IMG/VR virus record: IMGVR_UViG_3300032007_000008
Strand: one strand, 5' to 3'
DNA: 64,000 bases
Source of the DNA: a virus
Lineage: Duplodnaviria > Heunggongvirae > Uroviricota > Caudoviricetes
Below are positions 49,009-59,078 of this stretch, piece after piece. The notes beneath the pieces were generated by a model. The model saw only the letters and a program-made list of their open reading frames with translations. It was not told the DNA's origin and ran no database searches. The first letter of the stretch is position 1. Every line of letters starts with the position of its first letter. The position numbers were made by a program, and so were the translations under genes.

Positions 49009-49700
49009 TTGACATGATACATCAAAGCGTCGAGTTTCTCGACACGAAAGAAGACTGGGACCGGGGTTTAAAGAGGATAGCACGATGCACACGTGTCGCA
49101 TACCGCTCCGAAAATCTAGGAAAGACGGACGAGGAGACGAGAATGCGTGACGAGGAGCTTATGAAGCGGCTTCTTTTCAGAAATGGAGAAAATGCAGGCC
49201 CAAGACATACGTCTACCACAGAACACGCAGTGTGGGGTGTCATTCTGCACTGCTCAAGAGCGATAGCCAACGAGTTTGTCCGTCACAGACATACCGCGTA
49301 CACGCAAGAATCAACCAGATACGTGAACTTCAACAAGAAGAACGCGGAGTTTGTGGTTTCGACGGAATTTCCCCAGGAGGGGCTTGATTCTCTCCAAAAC
49401 ACATACGATGCCGCTTATAGCGGTTATCTGAAGCTCATCGAAAAGAACGTTCTCCCTCAAATGGCGCGTGATGCATTACCTCTTGGGCTTGCAACGAGCA
49501 TGGCCATGTCAACGAACATAGCCGAATGGAGAAGGATTTTCGAACTTAGATGCGATAAGGGTGCGCACCCTGACGCACGTTCAATAGCTTGGACGATACT
49601 TACGGTGTTCAACAAAAATGCGCCGTGGGCGTTCTCGGACCTTTATGATAAGTTCAAGGACTGTGGAATACCGTTGTGTAACTATACGGTTAGCGACTGA
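49005..49700 (+). CDS. thyX: flavin-dependent thymidylate synthase
   Basis: HTSTTEH, SRAIANEFVRHR...QESTRY, ARDALP, LR...AHP. Confidence 0.93.
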   Translation: MIDMIHQSVEFLDTKEDWDRGLKRIARCTRVAYRSENLGKTDEETRMRDEELMKRLLFRNGENAGPRHTSTTEHAVWGVILHCSRAIANEFVRHRHTAYTQESTRYVNFNKKNAEFVVSTEFPQEGLDSLQNTYDAAYSGYLKLIEKNVLPQMARDALPLGLATSMAMSTNIAEWRRIFELRCDKGAHPDARSIAWTILTVFNKNAPWAFSDLYDKFKDCGIPLCNYTVSD

Positions 49701-49733
49701 TTTGAATAGAGAAGATAACCATCAAACATCGAT

Positions 49734-49762
49734 AAAAGAGCTGACTAATGTCAGCTCTTTTT
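49734..49762. terminator. bidirectional terminator
   Basis: AAAAGAGCTGAC-taat-GTCAGCTCTTTT. Confidence 0.75.
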
Positions 49763-50665
49763 CTCTATAGGCTCATCTCCAACAAGCTGCTCTATCGAGT
49801 GCTCAGACTCTGTAGTCTCCTGTTCCGCGTTTGTGTAGGCAGTTTGGGCTGACGCAGAGTTTGTCGGAGAATTTGGACTGGCGTCGGCAGGTGTTTCGGC
49901 GGAAGATGCCGTTTGCGCATTCGTTGGCATATTCGCAGTTTGAGATTGAGGCTGTACCGTTTGCGTCTGTTGCTGTGGCGTAGGTGGCGGTTCTGTGGCT
50001 TGCGCCGTATTTGCGGATGCCGTCTGCTCTCCTCCCTGAACAGCTCCATTTTGCGCAACTTGCTGCTCTGTGTTTTGTGACTGTTGAGATTGCTGGCCGT
50101 TTTGTGGTGTTTCGGCAGATGGCGAATTCTGTACAGCCTGTGTAGCCTGTGTGGTTTGGTCAGACTGTCCACTCTGCGCGGCCTGCTGCTGAGCGGACTG
50201 CTGTTGCTGTTGCTGCTGTAGCTTCTGCTGCTCGGCCTGTGCAAGCTCAAGCTCTCTCTTTTCCTGTTCCGAAGGCGACGTTTCAACACCGTCGTTAGGA
50301 TTCACTCGAATTAAGTCGCAAGGCCGTCTCATGCGCCTTGTCATGTTAAGGTAGTTTCTGCATCCCTTTGACAGTCCGTCCCAAAAGACGAATGACCTCT
50401 CGGAGTTGTGGTTCATGTGGTAGCTTACTATTGAACCTGCCGACCTTTTCCACTTATTCCACTCCGTTTCGTATACCTTGCAGCGTATGTGGTTTTCGTC
50501 GGCATACCTCTTTACGAGATTGTTTCCGTGGTCCGGCTTGGTAGAGGGGGAAAGTGCTGTAAGTATTACCGGCGATGTCGTGTACTTCCGTATGTAGGTT
50601 GTCAGCATCTTTGACAGCCTATCATAGTTGGCATAGTTGGAAGTGACATAAACGCCAATGTTCAT
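49751..50665 (-). CDS. SLOG-superfamily (YspA-like) domain with Gln/Thr-rich disordered tail
   Basis: EWNKWKRSAG, VFWDGLSKG; poly-Q tail. Confidence 0.5.
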   Translation of the reverse strand: MNIGVYVTSNYANYDRLSKMLTTYIRKYTTSPVILTALSPSTKPDHGNNLVKRYADENHIRCKVYETEWNKWKRSAGSIVSYHMNHNSERSFVFWDGLSKGCRNYLNMTRRMRRPCDLIRVNPNDGVETSPSEQEKRELELAQAEQQKLQQQQQQQSAQQQAAQSGQSDQTTQATQAVQNSPSAETPQNGQQSQQSQNTEQQVAQNGAVQGGEQTASANTAQATEPPPTPQQQTQTVQPQSQTANMPTNAQTASSAETPADASPNSPTNSASAQTAYTNAEQETTESEHSIEQLVGDEPIEKKS

Positions 50666-50668
50666 TTA

Positions 50669-51292
50669 CTATTCCTTGATGTAGTCTATGTTGTACTTTG
50701 GATTGTATTCAAAGACTATCTTCAGGTCTTTGGAATTGAAGAAGCTGTCTGAAAGATACACCGGCTCCTTTTTCTTTATCAGCCCAAATAAAATTGATGC
50801 AGTGAGCTTTTCTATCTGTAGCTTCGGATAGCAGCATGCGGCAAGTTCAAAACAGTACAGACTTTCCGAACCATGTGTAAATCCAAAATCGTATGGAGTA
50901 TCGTCTTTTAGGTATTTTTCGGCTTTTGCAACGGCAGAAGCAGTATGTTTGCAAGGACGAAGAACTACAATCCTGTCGCACTGCATGAAATCTATCAAAT
51001 CCGTTTTAGTAACTTTTGGGGAGATGGAGTGGATTATTTTTCCGTTATCAACAACAACGCCCGCATGAGAATAGCTCCTTGAAGACGCTATGAAGAACGA
51101 ATCGAGGTATGAATCATATCCTCTAAGAACGATATCTCCAGGTTTGCATACGGAAATGGCCTGCCGTATGTGCTCGCCTGTCATTTTATACGATATGTCA
51201 TCGTAAAAAAGAAATGGCGGATATTTCGATATACGTATATCTCCGAATATCGTGAGAAACTTAGCCTTTATCTTGTACAGAAATTTTTTCAT
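50669..51292 (-). CDS. permuted papain-like amidase (YiiX/YebB-like NlpC/P60)
   Basis: PGDIVLR, YSHAGV, PYDFGF, LYCFEL. Confidence 0.8.
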   Translation of the reverse strand: MKKFLYKIKAKFLTIFGDIRISKYPPFLFYDDISYKMTGEHIRQAISVCKPGDIVLRGYDSYLDSFFIASSRSYSHAGVVVDNGKIIHSISPKVTKTDLIDFMQCDRIVVLRPCKHTASAVAKAEKYLKDDTPYDFGFTHGSESLYCFELAACCYPKLQIEKLTASILFGLIKKKEPVYLSDSFFNSKDLKIVFEYNPKYNIDYIKE

Positions 51293-52244
51293 CGGTTGTG
51301 TCCTTTTTGCTAAAGAGTCTTTTTTCGCAAATTTCGGAAAGGTTCGAACAAAACTCATCCAATTGGGAATTCTGGTCGAGTTTTGATATTTTCTTGAGAA
51401 CTGAAATATAGCCGAACTTTCCGAGAAGCTTGAATGTCGCATCCGCTATTTTCCATTCTTCTCGGTCTTTTGTGGCAAATGCTTCCTCTTTTGATTTAGG
51501 TTCTGTCAGCGAGCCTCGCATGTCTCGTGATTCCTTCAAAAGAGCCTTAGCGTTTTCTACTATTTCAGAAGACAAGTCTCCAAAAAGCTCTTTGAACGAT
51601 TCGTTTGATTTTTCCAAGGAAATTCCGGCTGTATAAACATATTCGAGAACGGACATAATATAGTCGCGTATCTCTCCTATGAGTTCTCCATGTGTTGAAT
51701 ATATCTTTTCATAGTATTCGCCGAATGGGTCGTAATCGTTTGGATAAAACGTTGGGCCTGATTCCCATTCGTCGTTTTCGAGGTTGTAACAGCCAACGGA
51801 GAGAAGGTCTCGAAACTCGTTTTCCTGCACGTACAATTCGAATGGGTGGCTTAGGAACTTATCTTGGTCGTTCTCTTCAAACGTGGATTTAAATTCGTTT
51901 CCGAGATTGTCGTTTATTTTTTCCCTATCTTCAAGGGTCAAAGACGTGTCTGTTATGTGTATGTCAAGGTCTGAATCGTCAGTAAAGGCATTCGAACATA
52001 TCGAACCTATCAATCGCACTGTAGGATTTTTTAATCCATATTTGTCAATAGCCCATTTAGCCAGTTCAAGAGCTTTTTCCTTGACTTCAGGTTTTAGGAC
52101 ATACCCGGAGTCAGTCTTATCCCATATTTCTTCGCAGAGCGACGAACCATTTGCATAGTCCATTATGGATTCAGAAAATCTAGCTTCCTGAACGTCATTT
52201 TGACAGCTAAACGCTTCTGCAAATATCTTTGATGCTATCCCCAT
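51261..52244 (-). CDS. Pol-beta-superfamily nucleotidyltransferase
   Basis: LIGS...DDSDLDIHI, FELYVQ. Confidence 0.75.
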   Translation of the reverse strand: MGIASKIFAEAFSCQNDVQEARFSESIMDYANGSSLCEEIWDKTDSGYVLKPEVKEKALELAKWAIDKYGLKNPTVRLIGSICSNAFTDDSDLDIHITDTSLTLEDREKINDNLGNEFKSTFEENDQDKFLSHPFELYVQENEFRDLLSVGCYNLENDEWESGPTFYPNDYDPFGEYYEKIYSTHGELIGEIRDYIMSVLEYVYTAGISLEKSNESFKELFGDLSSEIVENAKALLKESRDMRGSLTEPKSKEEAFATKDREEWKIADATFKLLGKFGYISVLKKISKLDQNSQLDEFCSNLSEICEKRLFSKKDTTDEKISVQDKG

Positions 52245-53038
52245 TATCCAACAACCGATTCAAATGCGTTTTTATAGAGTCCAACCATTGAAACCCTATG
52301 CTGGGTCTCAAACGATTCCGTGATTGCCGATTCATCATATTCATCAAAATCGTCTTCGTCATCTTCATCTTCATTTTCGTCGTCGTCTTCGTCATCCGAA
52401 TCATCTTCTGGCGTTTTTTCGTCCGAGTCATCGTTTTCAATAGATTTGTCGTCAACTTCCGTCGAAGCATCTTCAGACGAAAACTCATCAGAAGCATTCT
52501 TCTCTTCCGAGTTTTCAGAATCATCAGAATTGTGTTCGTCATCAGAATCCATCTTAGACAAACGCTCCCCTTCAGGAACTATATTGCTATAACAGTCCTC
52601 AAGTTCTGTGAGGTGAGCATGTTCGTCATTGCAGATTTCACCGAAAAACTGACACAATTCAGGTTTTTCCTTTACCGCTTCGCTCTTCAATGCTGTTTCA
52701 TATCCGGCTATGGCCTTCTTTTCAGCGTCTATGAACATTTCAACCAATCTTCCTGTATCCTCGTCTGGGTTGAGTGGGCCATATGGAGTTGTGCAGTTAT
52801 TCTGCATATCGGAAAGGTCGAATGATACTACGATTCCTAGAGACTTTGCCATATCGACAAGTTCTTCCATGTGTTCAAACTCTTCATCGCTGTTATCATT
52901 GAAGATTCCGTTTGAATATTTCAAAGCTTTGCCTTTTGAGACGAATGCGGCATTCTTATAGCTTAGCGCAGCCCACATTTCATCCGAGATGAACGCATTG
53001 AACATCTCTTCAAGCGACGAGTTTTCCGTAATTTCCAT
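52244..53038 (-). CDS. ferritin-like di-iron protein with acidic tail
   Basis: DEMWAALSY, EEFEH, AEKKAIAGY, DEHAH; CTAAATAG at 53064-53071 on the minus strand. Confidence 0.75.
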   Translation of the reverse strand: MEITENSSLEEMFNAFISDEMWAALSYKNAAFVSKGKALKYSNGIFNDNSDEEFEHMEELVDMAKSLGIVVSFDLSDMQNNCTTPYGPLNPDEDTGRLVEMFIDAEKKAIAGYETALKSEAVKEKPELCQFFGEICNDEHAHLTELEDCYSNIVPEGERLSKMDSDDEHNSDDSENSEEKNASDEFSSEDASTEVDDKSIENDDSDEKTPEDDSDDEDDDENEDEDDEDDFDEYDESAITESFETQHRVSMVGLYKNAFESVVG

Positions 53039-53074
53039 TTGTCACAATTTCGGTAATGTGATACTATTTAGGAT

Positions 53075-53674
53075 TTACAGTATGAAATTATGATTATCAA
53101 ACGTCTTGAATGCGGAATACTTTTTACTTTGCTTTTTTGTCTTTTTGGTGAAAATGCACTCTTTTGGAAGCCATGTTTTCGAAAAAAGGTCTTTTGGTTC
53201 TATTTTCCACACGTATATTCCGAATTTTGCCAAAACCCATTTACTGTTTACCCCAAAATTTCTATCTCCGCCAAATCTATTGAATGAACCTTTTACGTCT
53301 ATGTACACAACTCCGTCGTCTGGCACAAGCCTGTGGAAAATCTTGATTTTGTTGTTTTTCTGAAATTCTCTCCACTTATCAGTAAGGACGAACTTAAAGT
53401 CTGCCGTATATACATGCGGCCTCACGACAAGTTTCCCCTTTTCGTTTCTAAGACCTTCAAATAACTCAAACGAAGACGGTTGATATTCTACATCTTTCAA
53501 AAATTCAAGTTTTTCGCCCTCAAGAATCCATTCATACACGTCAGCTTCTTCATTAGAATCGAAGTTTATCCCATGGGAGACAATCGTGGATTTTGAATTT
53601 TTACCAGATTTTGCTTCCGCTTTTTCAGCGAGCGATATTATTTCTTCAGAAAAGGAATCAAAATTGTCTGTCAT
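53075..53674 (-). CDS. PD-(D/E)XK nuclease (DUF1064-like)
   Basis: GINFDSNEE, YQP..FEL, YTADF, IDVKG. Confidence 0.7.
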   Translation of the reverse strand: MTDNFDSFSEEIISLAEKAEAKSGKNSKSTIVSHGINFDSNEEADVYEWILEGEKLEFLKDVEYQPSSFELFEGLRNEKGKLVVRPHVYTADFKFVLTDKWREFQKNNKIKIFHRLVPDDGVVYIDVKGSFNRFGGDRNFGVNSKWVLAKFGIYVWKIEPKDLFSKTWLPKECIFTKKTKKQSKKYSAFKTFDNHNFIL

Positions 53675-53743
53675 AATTAAATTTTACCTATTCCCATTTA
53701 TTGTGGTTTATGGTATACTTTATATAGATTAAGGAATACAATC

Positions 53744-54469
53744 ATGTCAATGCAGACAAATTTTGCGATTATCCGTAAGGATGACAGACTCTCCCTCAAT
53801 GAAAAGGATAAGAAAGTAATACAGGAAGCCCTCGATTCATATCAGAGAGACTTTGAATATGCAGTAGAAAGGGCAAAGACACTATCTACGGATTATAAGG
53901 GACTAGGAAATGTAGTTCCGCCAACAGAGCCTGACATTCCTGAATTTATCTATCTCGACGATGCTCATTGGTATAACACAATTGACAAAAGCATATGGAT
54001 AAACGTGTTTGACGAGTATTTCTCGTCGTCGTTCGACGAACTCTCCGGATATTGGAATCTTCCATACGACGGAAAGATGAGTCAATATTTCATTTCAAAG
54101 GATGAAGCAAAAGAAATCAACGTTGCTGCAAAGTATCTAGCAAATGGAAAATATGACAAGGACTTCGAGTCGCTTCTTGACAACAGGTTTATAGAGATAC
54201 TGTCCGACCTCATGCCAAATTACGGAAAACGCGGAGCGAACAAGGATGGACTATGCCTGTTCGTTGACAAGGAAGACGACGGAAGCTACAAGATTACCGA
54301 CCATAGATGGGAATGGGGGGAATGTGAAGATGAGACAGAAAGCGAAGGAAAGTATATCCTAGAGAATCTTAGCTATGTCATGGGACTTTACCTGAAGGAA
54401 CTGTCGGAATCTGTTGATTATGATGGAAAGATTCTTCGAGAAGTTAGGTTGATGTATCGCAGAACCTAA
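53744..54469 (+). CDS. hypothetical protein
   Basis: 241-aa ORF with SD (AAGGA) and TGgTATACT upstream. Confidence 0.6.
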   Translation: MSMQTNFAIIRKDDRLSLNEKDKKVIQEALDSYQRDFEYAVERAKTLSTDYKGLGNVVPPTEPDIPEFIYLDDAHWYNTIDKSIWINVFDEYFSSSFDELSGYWNLPYDGKMSQYFISKDEAKEINVAAKYLANGKYDKDFESLLDNRFIEILSDLMPNYGKRGANKDGLCLFVDKEDDGSYKITDHRWEWGECEDETESEGKYILENLSYVMGLYLKELSESVDYDGKILREVRLMYRRT

Positions 54470-54516
54470 AAATACATCATTGACAAAACGGCAATATTGT
54501 GGTATTATATACCGCG

Positions 54517-55572
54517 ATGAACAGAAAAGACTATTTGCTAAAGGCGCGTGAAACCGCCTTCAAAACGTGCCGCATGCTATATTGCGGCACAAAAAAGCCT
54601 CTTACCGAAAGCCTTATGTCGTTCGGATGGGAGTGTAGAGAAGGCTGGTACGATGTTCTTAGCGAACTGTCGTATAATCTTGAAGCACTGAACCAGACAT
54701 ATTTCGAAAAGTATGGACTGTGGATTGAGGCCGTTCAGGTAAAGGAGAAGTTCGGTACTCTTTGTTTTTACTACGACATACACGAGCGTCAGAATTTTGT
54801 GACGAAGGTTTGCACGTTTCCATTTGATGCCGTGATTCGTGCAATCCGCAAGAATGTCAGGTTCGTGAGAAAGAATGTTCTCGTCAAGCCTGGATATTCG
54901 GAAGTCGTGACGGAAAAGGTAACTGCAAAGTTCGTAAAGGACGTAAAAGACGGAAAGCGAATCCTTTCAGCGAATTCAAGAATCGAGAAGAAGGGGCGCG
55001 GCTGGATAAAGATTACGAACCTAGAACATCCGGGAACGTATAAATCTGTTCTTACGAACCATAGGATTCTCGATTGGATTTCCAAGAAATGCTCCGAGAT
55101 TTCTCTTTGGCTTTCTGAAAAACTATATGTCGAGAGTCTTGAGAGAAATGTCATACGAAAGTACATGCAGAGCATGGCAGACGAGTACATCGAAAAGGCA
55201 GAGGAAAAGTGCTTCAACACATGTGAAGTCTGTGGAACCGAAATAGGTACCGAATACTCGAAGCGAGTAAAGACGGAAGGCTGGATTTCGTACATATGCG
55301 AGAACTGTGACAAGGACCGCAAAATGGAAATTGACATGCGGACATTCTCGCTTCCGATGCCGCGTGAAATTGGCGCAAATGCGAAAAAGGAATACGATTC
55401 GCTTTGCAAAAAGGCGTATGATGCGAGGAATAAGGTGAAAACGCTGAAGGAATCTGGAAAATATGTGGAGCGAAAGGTCTACGACAGTTTACAGAAGACG
55501 ATACACGAATGTTCGGAAAAGGCGGCTTCAATCATAAAGAACGCGGAGAAGAAAAATGCGAATAGGCACTAA
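54517..55572 (+). CDS. conserved phage hypothetical protein
   Basis: GWY...QVKEKFGTL.FY and CEVCG...GWISYIC..C motifs. Confidence 0.6.
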   Translation: MNRKDYLLKARETAFKTCRMLYCGTKKPLTESLMSFGWECREGWYDVLSELSYNLEALNQTYFEKYGLWIEAVQVKEKFGTLCFYYDIHERQNFVTKVCTFPFDAVIRAIRKNVRFVRKNVLVKPGYSEVVTEKVTAKFVKDVKDGKRILSANSRIEKKGRGWIKITNLEHPGTYKSVLTNHRILDWISKKCSEISLWLSEKLYVESLERNVIRKYMQSMADEYIEKAEEKCFNTCEVCGTEIGTEYSKRVKTEGWISYICENCDKDRKMEIDMRTFSLPMPREIGANAKKEYDSLCKKAYDARNKVKTLKESGKYVERKVYDSLQKTIHECSEKAASIIKNAEKKNANRH

Positions 55573-56257
55573 TCCAGTAAAGCTTGTATATGGCGTAGTT
55601 GGAACTCAGAACACAGGAAAATCCACTTTCATTTCCGATGTAATAGCCGATTCCGAGACACGGACGGATAAGATGCTTCGATTCAAAAGCAGCGTCGTTG
55701 ACTATCGCGCCAAGATTCAGTCCCTTGGACTTGAGATAAACAGAAACGGAAACGAAGAGTGCCAAAAGATAATATTCGACACACTGTACGACAACGTTAT
55801 CTCATGTTCGAAAAAGACCGAAACCATGAGAACCATACTCGACAGAACGCCTCTGGATGCATTTGTGTATACGCTATGGCACAATGTGTATGGAACGAAT
55901 TGCATAAGTGACGAATGTATCGATGACATGTGGGACAAAACGGTATATTCGATGAGGATGCTGGACAGGATTATATGGATTCCTTTGAGAATGTGCGATG
56001 ATGTGGAGGTTGTCGATGACAAGTTTCGCGACACGAACCTTGATTACAGAAGACAGATTGATGAACTCTTCAACATGTGTTTGAGGATATTGCATTTCAA
56101 CTGCAAGATGGGGCAGATTTCATCGGTGTACGGTAGCCGTGAGACGCGAGTGCATGTATTGAACGTTTTTGAGGAAAACGACGCTTTGCAGAAAAATTCG
56201 TCAATTATCTCGTATGATGCCATACGGGAAATGATAAAGAACAGTGAGAAAAGGTAA
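55556..56257 (+). CDS. P-loop nucleotide kinase / AAA_28-like ATPase
   Basis: VGTQNTGKST, LDRTPLDAFVY. Confidence 0.7.
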   Translation: MRIGTNPVKLVYGVVGTQNTGKSTFISDVIADSETRTDKMLRFKSSVVDYRAKIQSLGLEINRNGNEECQKIIFDTLYDNVISCSKKTETMRTILDRTPLDAFVYTLWHNVYGTNCISDECIDDMWDKTVYSMRMLDRIIWIPLRMCDDVEVVDDKFRDTNLDYRRQIDELFNMCLRILHFNCKMGQISSVYGSRETRVHVLNVFEENDALQKNSSIISYDAIREMIKNSEKR

Positions 56258-56264
56258 AATAAAA

Positions 56265-57122
56265 ATGGCTGAAATCGACAATTTCAAGATTATTCGAAAC
56301 CTTCTGGAGTTTAGGCTGAATACCGATAGGTATGTTCTTCATATTTTGCGTCGTCCGAAGGATTGCAAGAGCGAAGGTTTCGAAAACACACTTGGGAGTA
56401 ATGAAAAGCAGAGACTGCTCCGAACATACTATATCAATTCGGTAGACTACTTCGACAGTAAAGAGACTGCCGTGAAGGAACTTTGCCGTATAAACAATGC
56501 ACGTGCATACATCATACCACAGGTACGAAACAACAAGACGTGCATGACGAATCTTCTGAGGATTACAATCGACAATCTCGAAAATCCGACAATAAAGCCT
56601 GAGCATCTCATAAGGGCTGCATATTGTGGAAAGGGTTCCACGACAGGTATCGACAAAGACCGCAAACGTTGGGTAGTTGACATAGATAGCGACAATATGC
56701 AGGGATTTAGCGTAAGTTCCATTCGAATGGCAATCTATGATAGCTTGGCAAAATCGAAAAGAGGAGATGCGGCAGTTTACGAACTTCCGACCAAAAACGG
56801 AATGCATTTCATAACACAGCCGTTTGACGTTAAATACGCAAGCAGCAAGTGTTTTATGCTGTTCAGCGATACAAAAAGCGGAATTGACCGTGAATTGGCT
56901 GCTGATTTTCTGAAAGAACACAAATGGAATGACGATATCATCAGTTCAATTCCTGAAAATCCATTCGAAATAGAAGGATTTTTCATAAATTTGCTTAAGA
57001 AGAATTCGATACCTGTAAATACCTTGCTTGGACAATTCAGAGAACGATGCAAAAAGACTTTTACAGGATGGCTTCATAAAACAGGAATGACTCTTTTATA
57101 CACGACAAAGGAAAATACATGA
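56265..57122 (+). CDS. hypothetical protein, possible primase-polymerase fold
   Basis: WVVDID and PTKNGMH motifs. Confidence 0.45.
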   Translation: MAEIDNFKIIRNLLEFRLNTDRYVLHILRRPKDCKSEGFENTLGSNEKQRLLRTYYINSVDYFDSKETAVKELCRINNARAYIIPQVRNNKTCMTNLLRITIDNLENPTIKPEHLIRAAYCGKGSTTGIDKDRKRWVVDIDSDNMQGFSVSSIRMAIYDSLAKSKRGDAAVYELPTKNGMHFITQPFDVKYASSKCFMLFSDTKSGIDRELAADFLKEHKWNDDIISSIPENPFEIEGFFINLLKKNSIPVNTLLGQFRERCKKTFTGWLHKTGMTLLYTTKENT

Positions 57123-57856
57123 ACGAAAACACACAAAACGGAATGATGGCGAATCCCGCACAACCGCCTCCTCAGCAGGAAAAGCCTGTAGGATGGGAAG
57201 ACTCGACGATAAAGAAATTCGTAGAAAACGAATATGCTTTAATGGACAAGAAGTGGCAGGAGCAGTACGATAAGGAGACGGACGAGAAAAGGCGCGAATC
57301 GCTGAAGGCAAACAAGGAGTATGGAAAAGTTGTCCACGATTGCGTCACACAGCTTCTAAAGCTGATGTTCGAGCAGGGGCATTCAGAGCTTTCCGCAGGA
57401 TTCACTCTCGCCGAGTTTTCCCGTTTGTCCAAGTTCAAGCCGCTTTCTCCGCTAACAGGAGAAGACGACGAGTGGCAGGATGTATATGAAAATAATGGGA
57501 AGACCATTCAGCAGAACAAGAGATGTTTCAGCATTTTCCGTGAAAAGGGGGACAACTCCACCGCAGAAAATTCAGAGGGTGTCGCATTCTCCGATGATGA
57601 AGGAAAGACGTGGTACACGAACTCCCATTCGAGAGTGAAGGTTTCTTTCCCATATTCCGTGCCTGATGAAATAGCAAGGAAAATCATAACAAAGGAAGAG
57701 AAAGAGGCAATGGACAAAGCTGATGAAGAAGCATGGAATGCATTCATCAAGGAGCATCCTGAATATGTCGAAAAGCTTCGTGCGATGAGACAGGAGCGTC
57801 CAAATGTTGATAATGGCGAAATGCCAAAGGCGAGCGAGGGGGCTAATGCCAACTGA
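57119..57856 (+). CDS. conserved phage hypothetical protein
   Basis: QGHS...PLSPLTGEDDEW...QNKR. Confidence 0.55.
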   Translation: MNENTQNGMMANPAQPPPQQEKPVGWEDSTIKKFVENEYALMDKKWQEQYDKETDEKRRESLKANKEYGKVVHDCVTQLLKLMFEQGHSELSAGFTLAEFSRLSKFKPLSPLTGEDDEWQDVYENNGKTIQQNKRCFSIFREKGDNSTAENSEGVAFSDDEGKTWYTNSHSRVKVSFPYSVPDEIARKIITKEEKEAMDKADEEAWNAFIKEHPEYVEKLRAMRQERPNVDNGEMPKASEGANAN

Positions 57857-58136
57857 CATGTCGATAGGTCTTCGACCGTCGAAAAATCATCTTTTGGTAA
57901 AAAGAGTTTCTGTAGAGGAAACAGTGGGGGGAACGAATTTCGTTCTCCCCAAGGATTTCCATCAGAAACCGATGAAGTGCGTTGTCGTTGACATTGGCGA
58001 TGAGCATCTCGATACTGGGATGGAGTTAAAGGTTGGAGATACCATTCTGCTGCCGAAATATGGGAGCACGAAAGTTATAAAAGATAATGAAGAGTATCAT
58101 CTTTGCCATATAGATGATATAATTGGAATTTTATGA
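57846..58136 (+). CDS. groES: co-chaperonin GroES
   Basis: LRPSKNHLLVKR...GG..VLP...VVDIG...LKVGDTILLPKYG...DDIIGI. Confidence 0.88.
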   Translation: MPTDMSIGLRPSKNHLLVKRVSVEETVGGTNFVLPKDFHQKPMKCVVVDIGDEHLDTGMELKVGDTILLPKYGSTKVIKDNEEYHLCHIDDIIGIL

Positions 58137-58744
58137 AAAACGACGAAAAGAACAAGCCATCCAATACAGTCTCCAACGAGCAGGCGGCAGAGCCAATAGA
58201 AAAGAACTGCACAAACTATGTAGACGGGAATAGCGTTTTTATTCTTGGAGCATTTGACGATACTATATCTAAGAACATCGTGCCAAACCTTGTAAAGATT
58301 ATAAATCAGCAAAAATCCCTAAAAAATGGAAAAATTGATTTTTATATCAATTCATATGGCGGGTATTGCTCTGAGCTGTACAGCATATTGTCTTTGGTCT
58401 CGCTTGCCAAATCAAACGGAATAAAGATAAACACGTTTAACATGGGTATTGCATATAGCTGTGCAAGCATACTTTCAGTAGTCGGAGATGAGAGAAAGAT
58501 GTTTAAATGCGCAAAGAATCTCATGCATTTGGGAGAAACCTTTTCTTCAAGCTCGACCTTTATGCAATTGGACAGAAATCACAAGAGGCAGAAAGACCAT
58601 TTCAACAACATAGTCTCAATGTATGCCGCGCACACTAAGCTTACTGAAAAGAAAATACGTGAGCTTATGTCTGATAATTGCTGCTATCTAAACTCAAACG
58701 AATGCTTGAAATTTGGACTTGTTGATGAAGTTTGCGATTGTTAA
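58133..58744 (+). CDS. clpP: ClpP-like protease
   Basis: FYINSYGG, GIAYSCAS, LMH, ECLKFGLVD. Confidence 0.8.
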   Translation: MKNDEKNKPSNTVSNEQAAEPIEKNCTNYVDGNSVFILGAFDDTISKNIVPNLVKIINQQKSLKNGKIDFYINSYGGYCSELYSILSLVSLAKSNGIKINTFNMGIAYSCASILSVVGDERKMFKCAKNLMHLGETFSSSSTFMQLDRNHKRQKDHFNNIVSMYAAHTKLTEKKIRELMSDNCCYLNSNECLKFGLVDEVCDC

Positions 58745-58853
58745 AAAAATACCATTGCATTATTCTTACTGTTGTGATATAATAGTCGGCGTTTTCGGAA
58801 ATTCTTTAGTCGTTAGACGAAAAAAAAGTTCGAAGACTAAATAGGAACTGCAA

Positions 58854-58997
58854 ATGAAGAAAGTACAACATAGTTTTATGACAGCATGCGGCGTCAGAGA
58901 GTCCACGAAAGCGGATTCGTTCGGACGCTTTGTGCAGGGACTGCTTTCTTCAGATATTGCATCCAAGGCATATGCAATAGGCGAAAGGGGCTTCTGA
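58854..58997 (+). CDS. 47-aa leader ORF (MKKVQHSF...ERGF)
   Basis: Follows a sigma-70 promoter (58755-58783) and CTAAATAG (58837-58844); its stop lies in an 11-bp stem. Confidence 0.4.
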   Translation: MKKVQHSFMTACGVRESTKADSFGRFVQGLLSSDIASKAYAIGERGF

Positions 58998-59078
58998 TTA
59001 GGAATGGGATAAAGGTATAAAATAGTTCCACCAAAATCAGAAGCCGAATCCGAAAGGGTTCGGCTTAACTGTTGAAGA

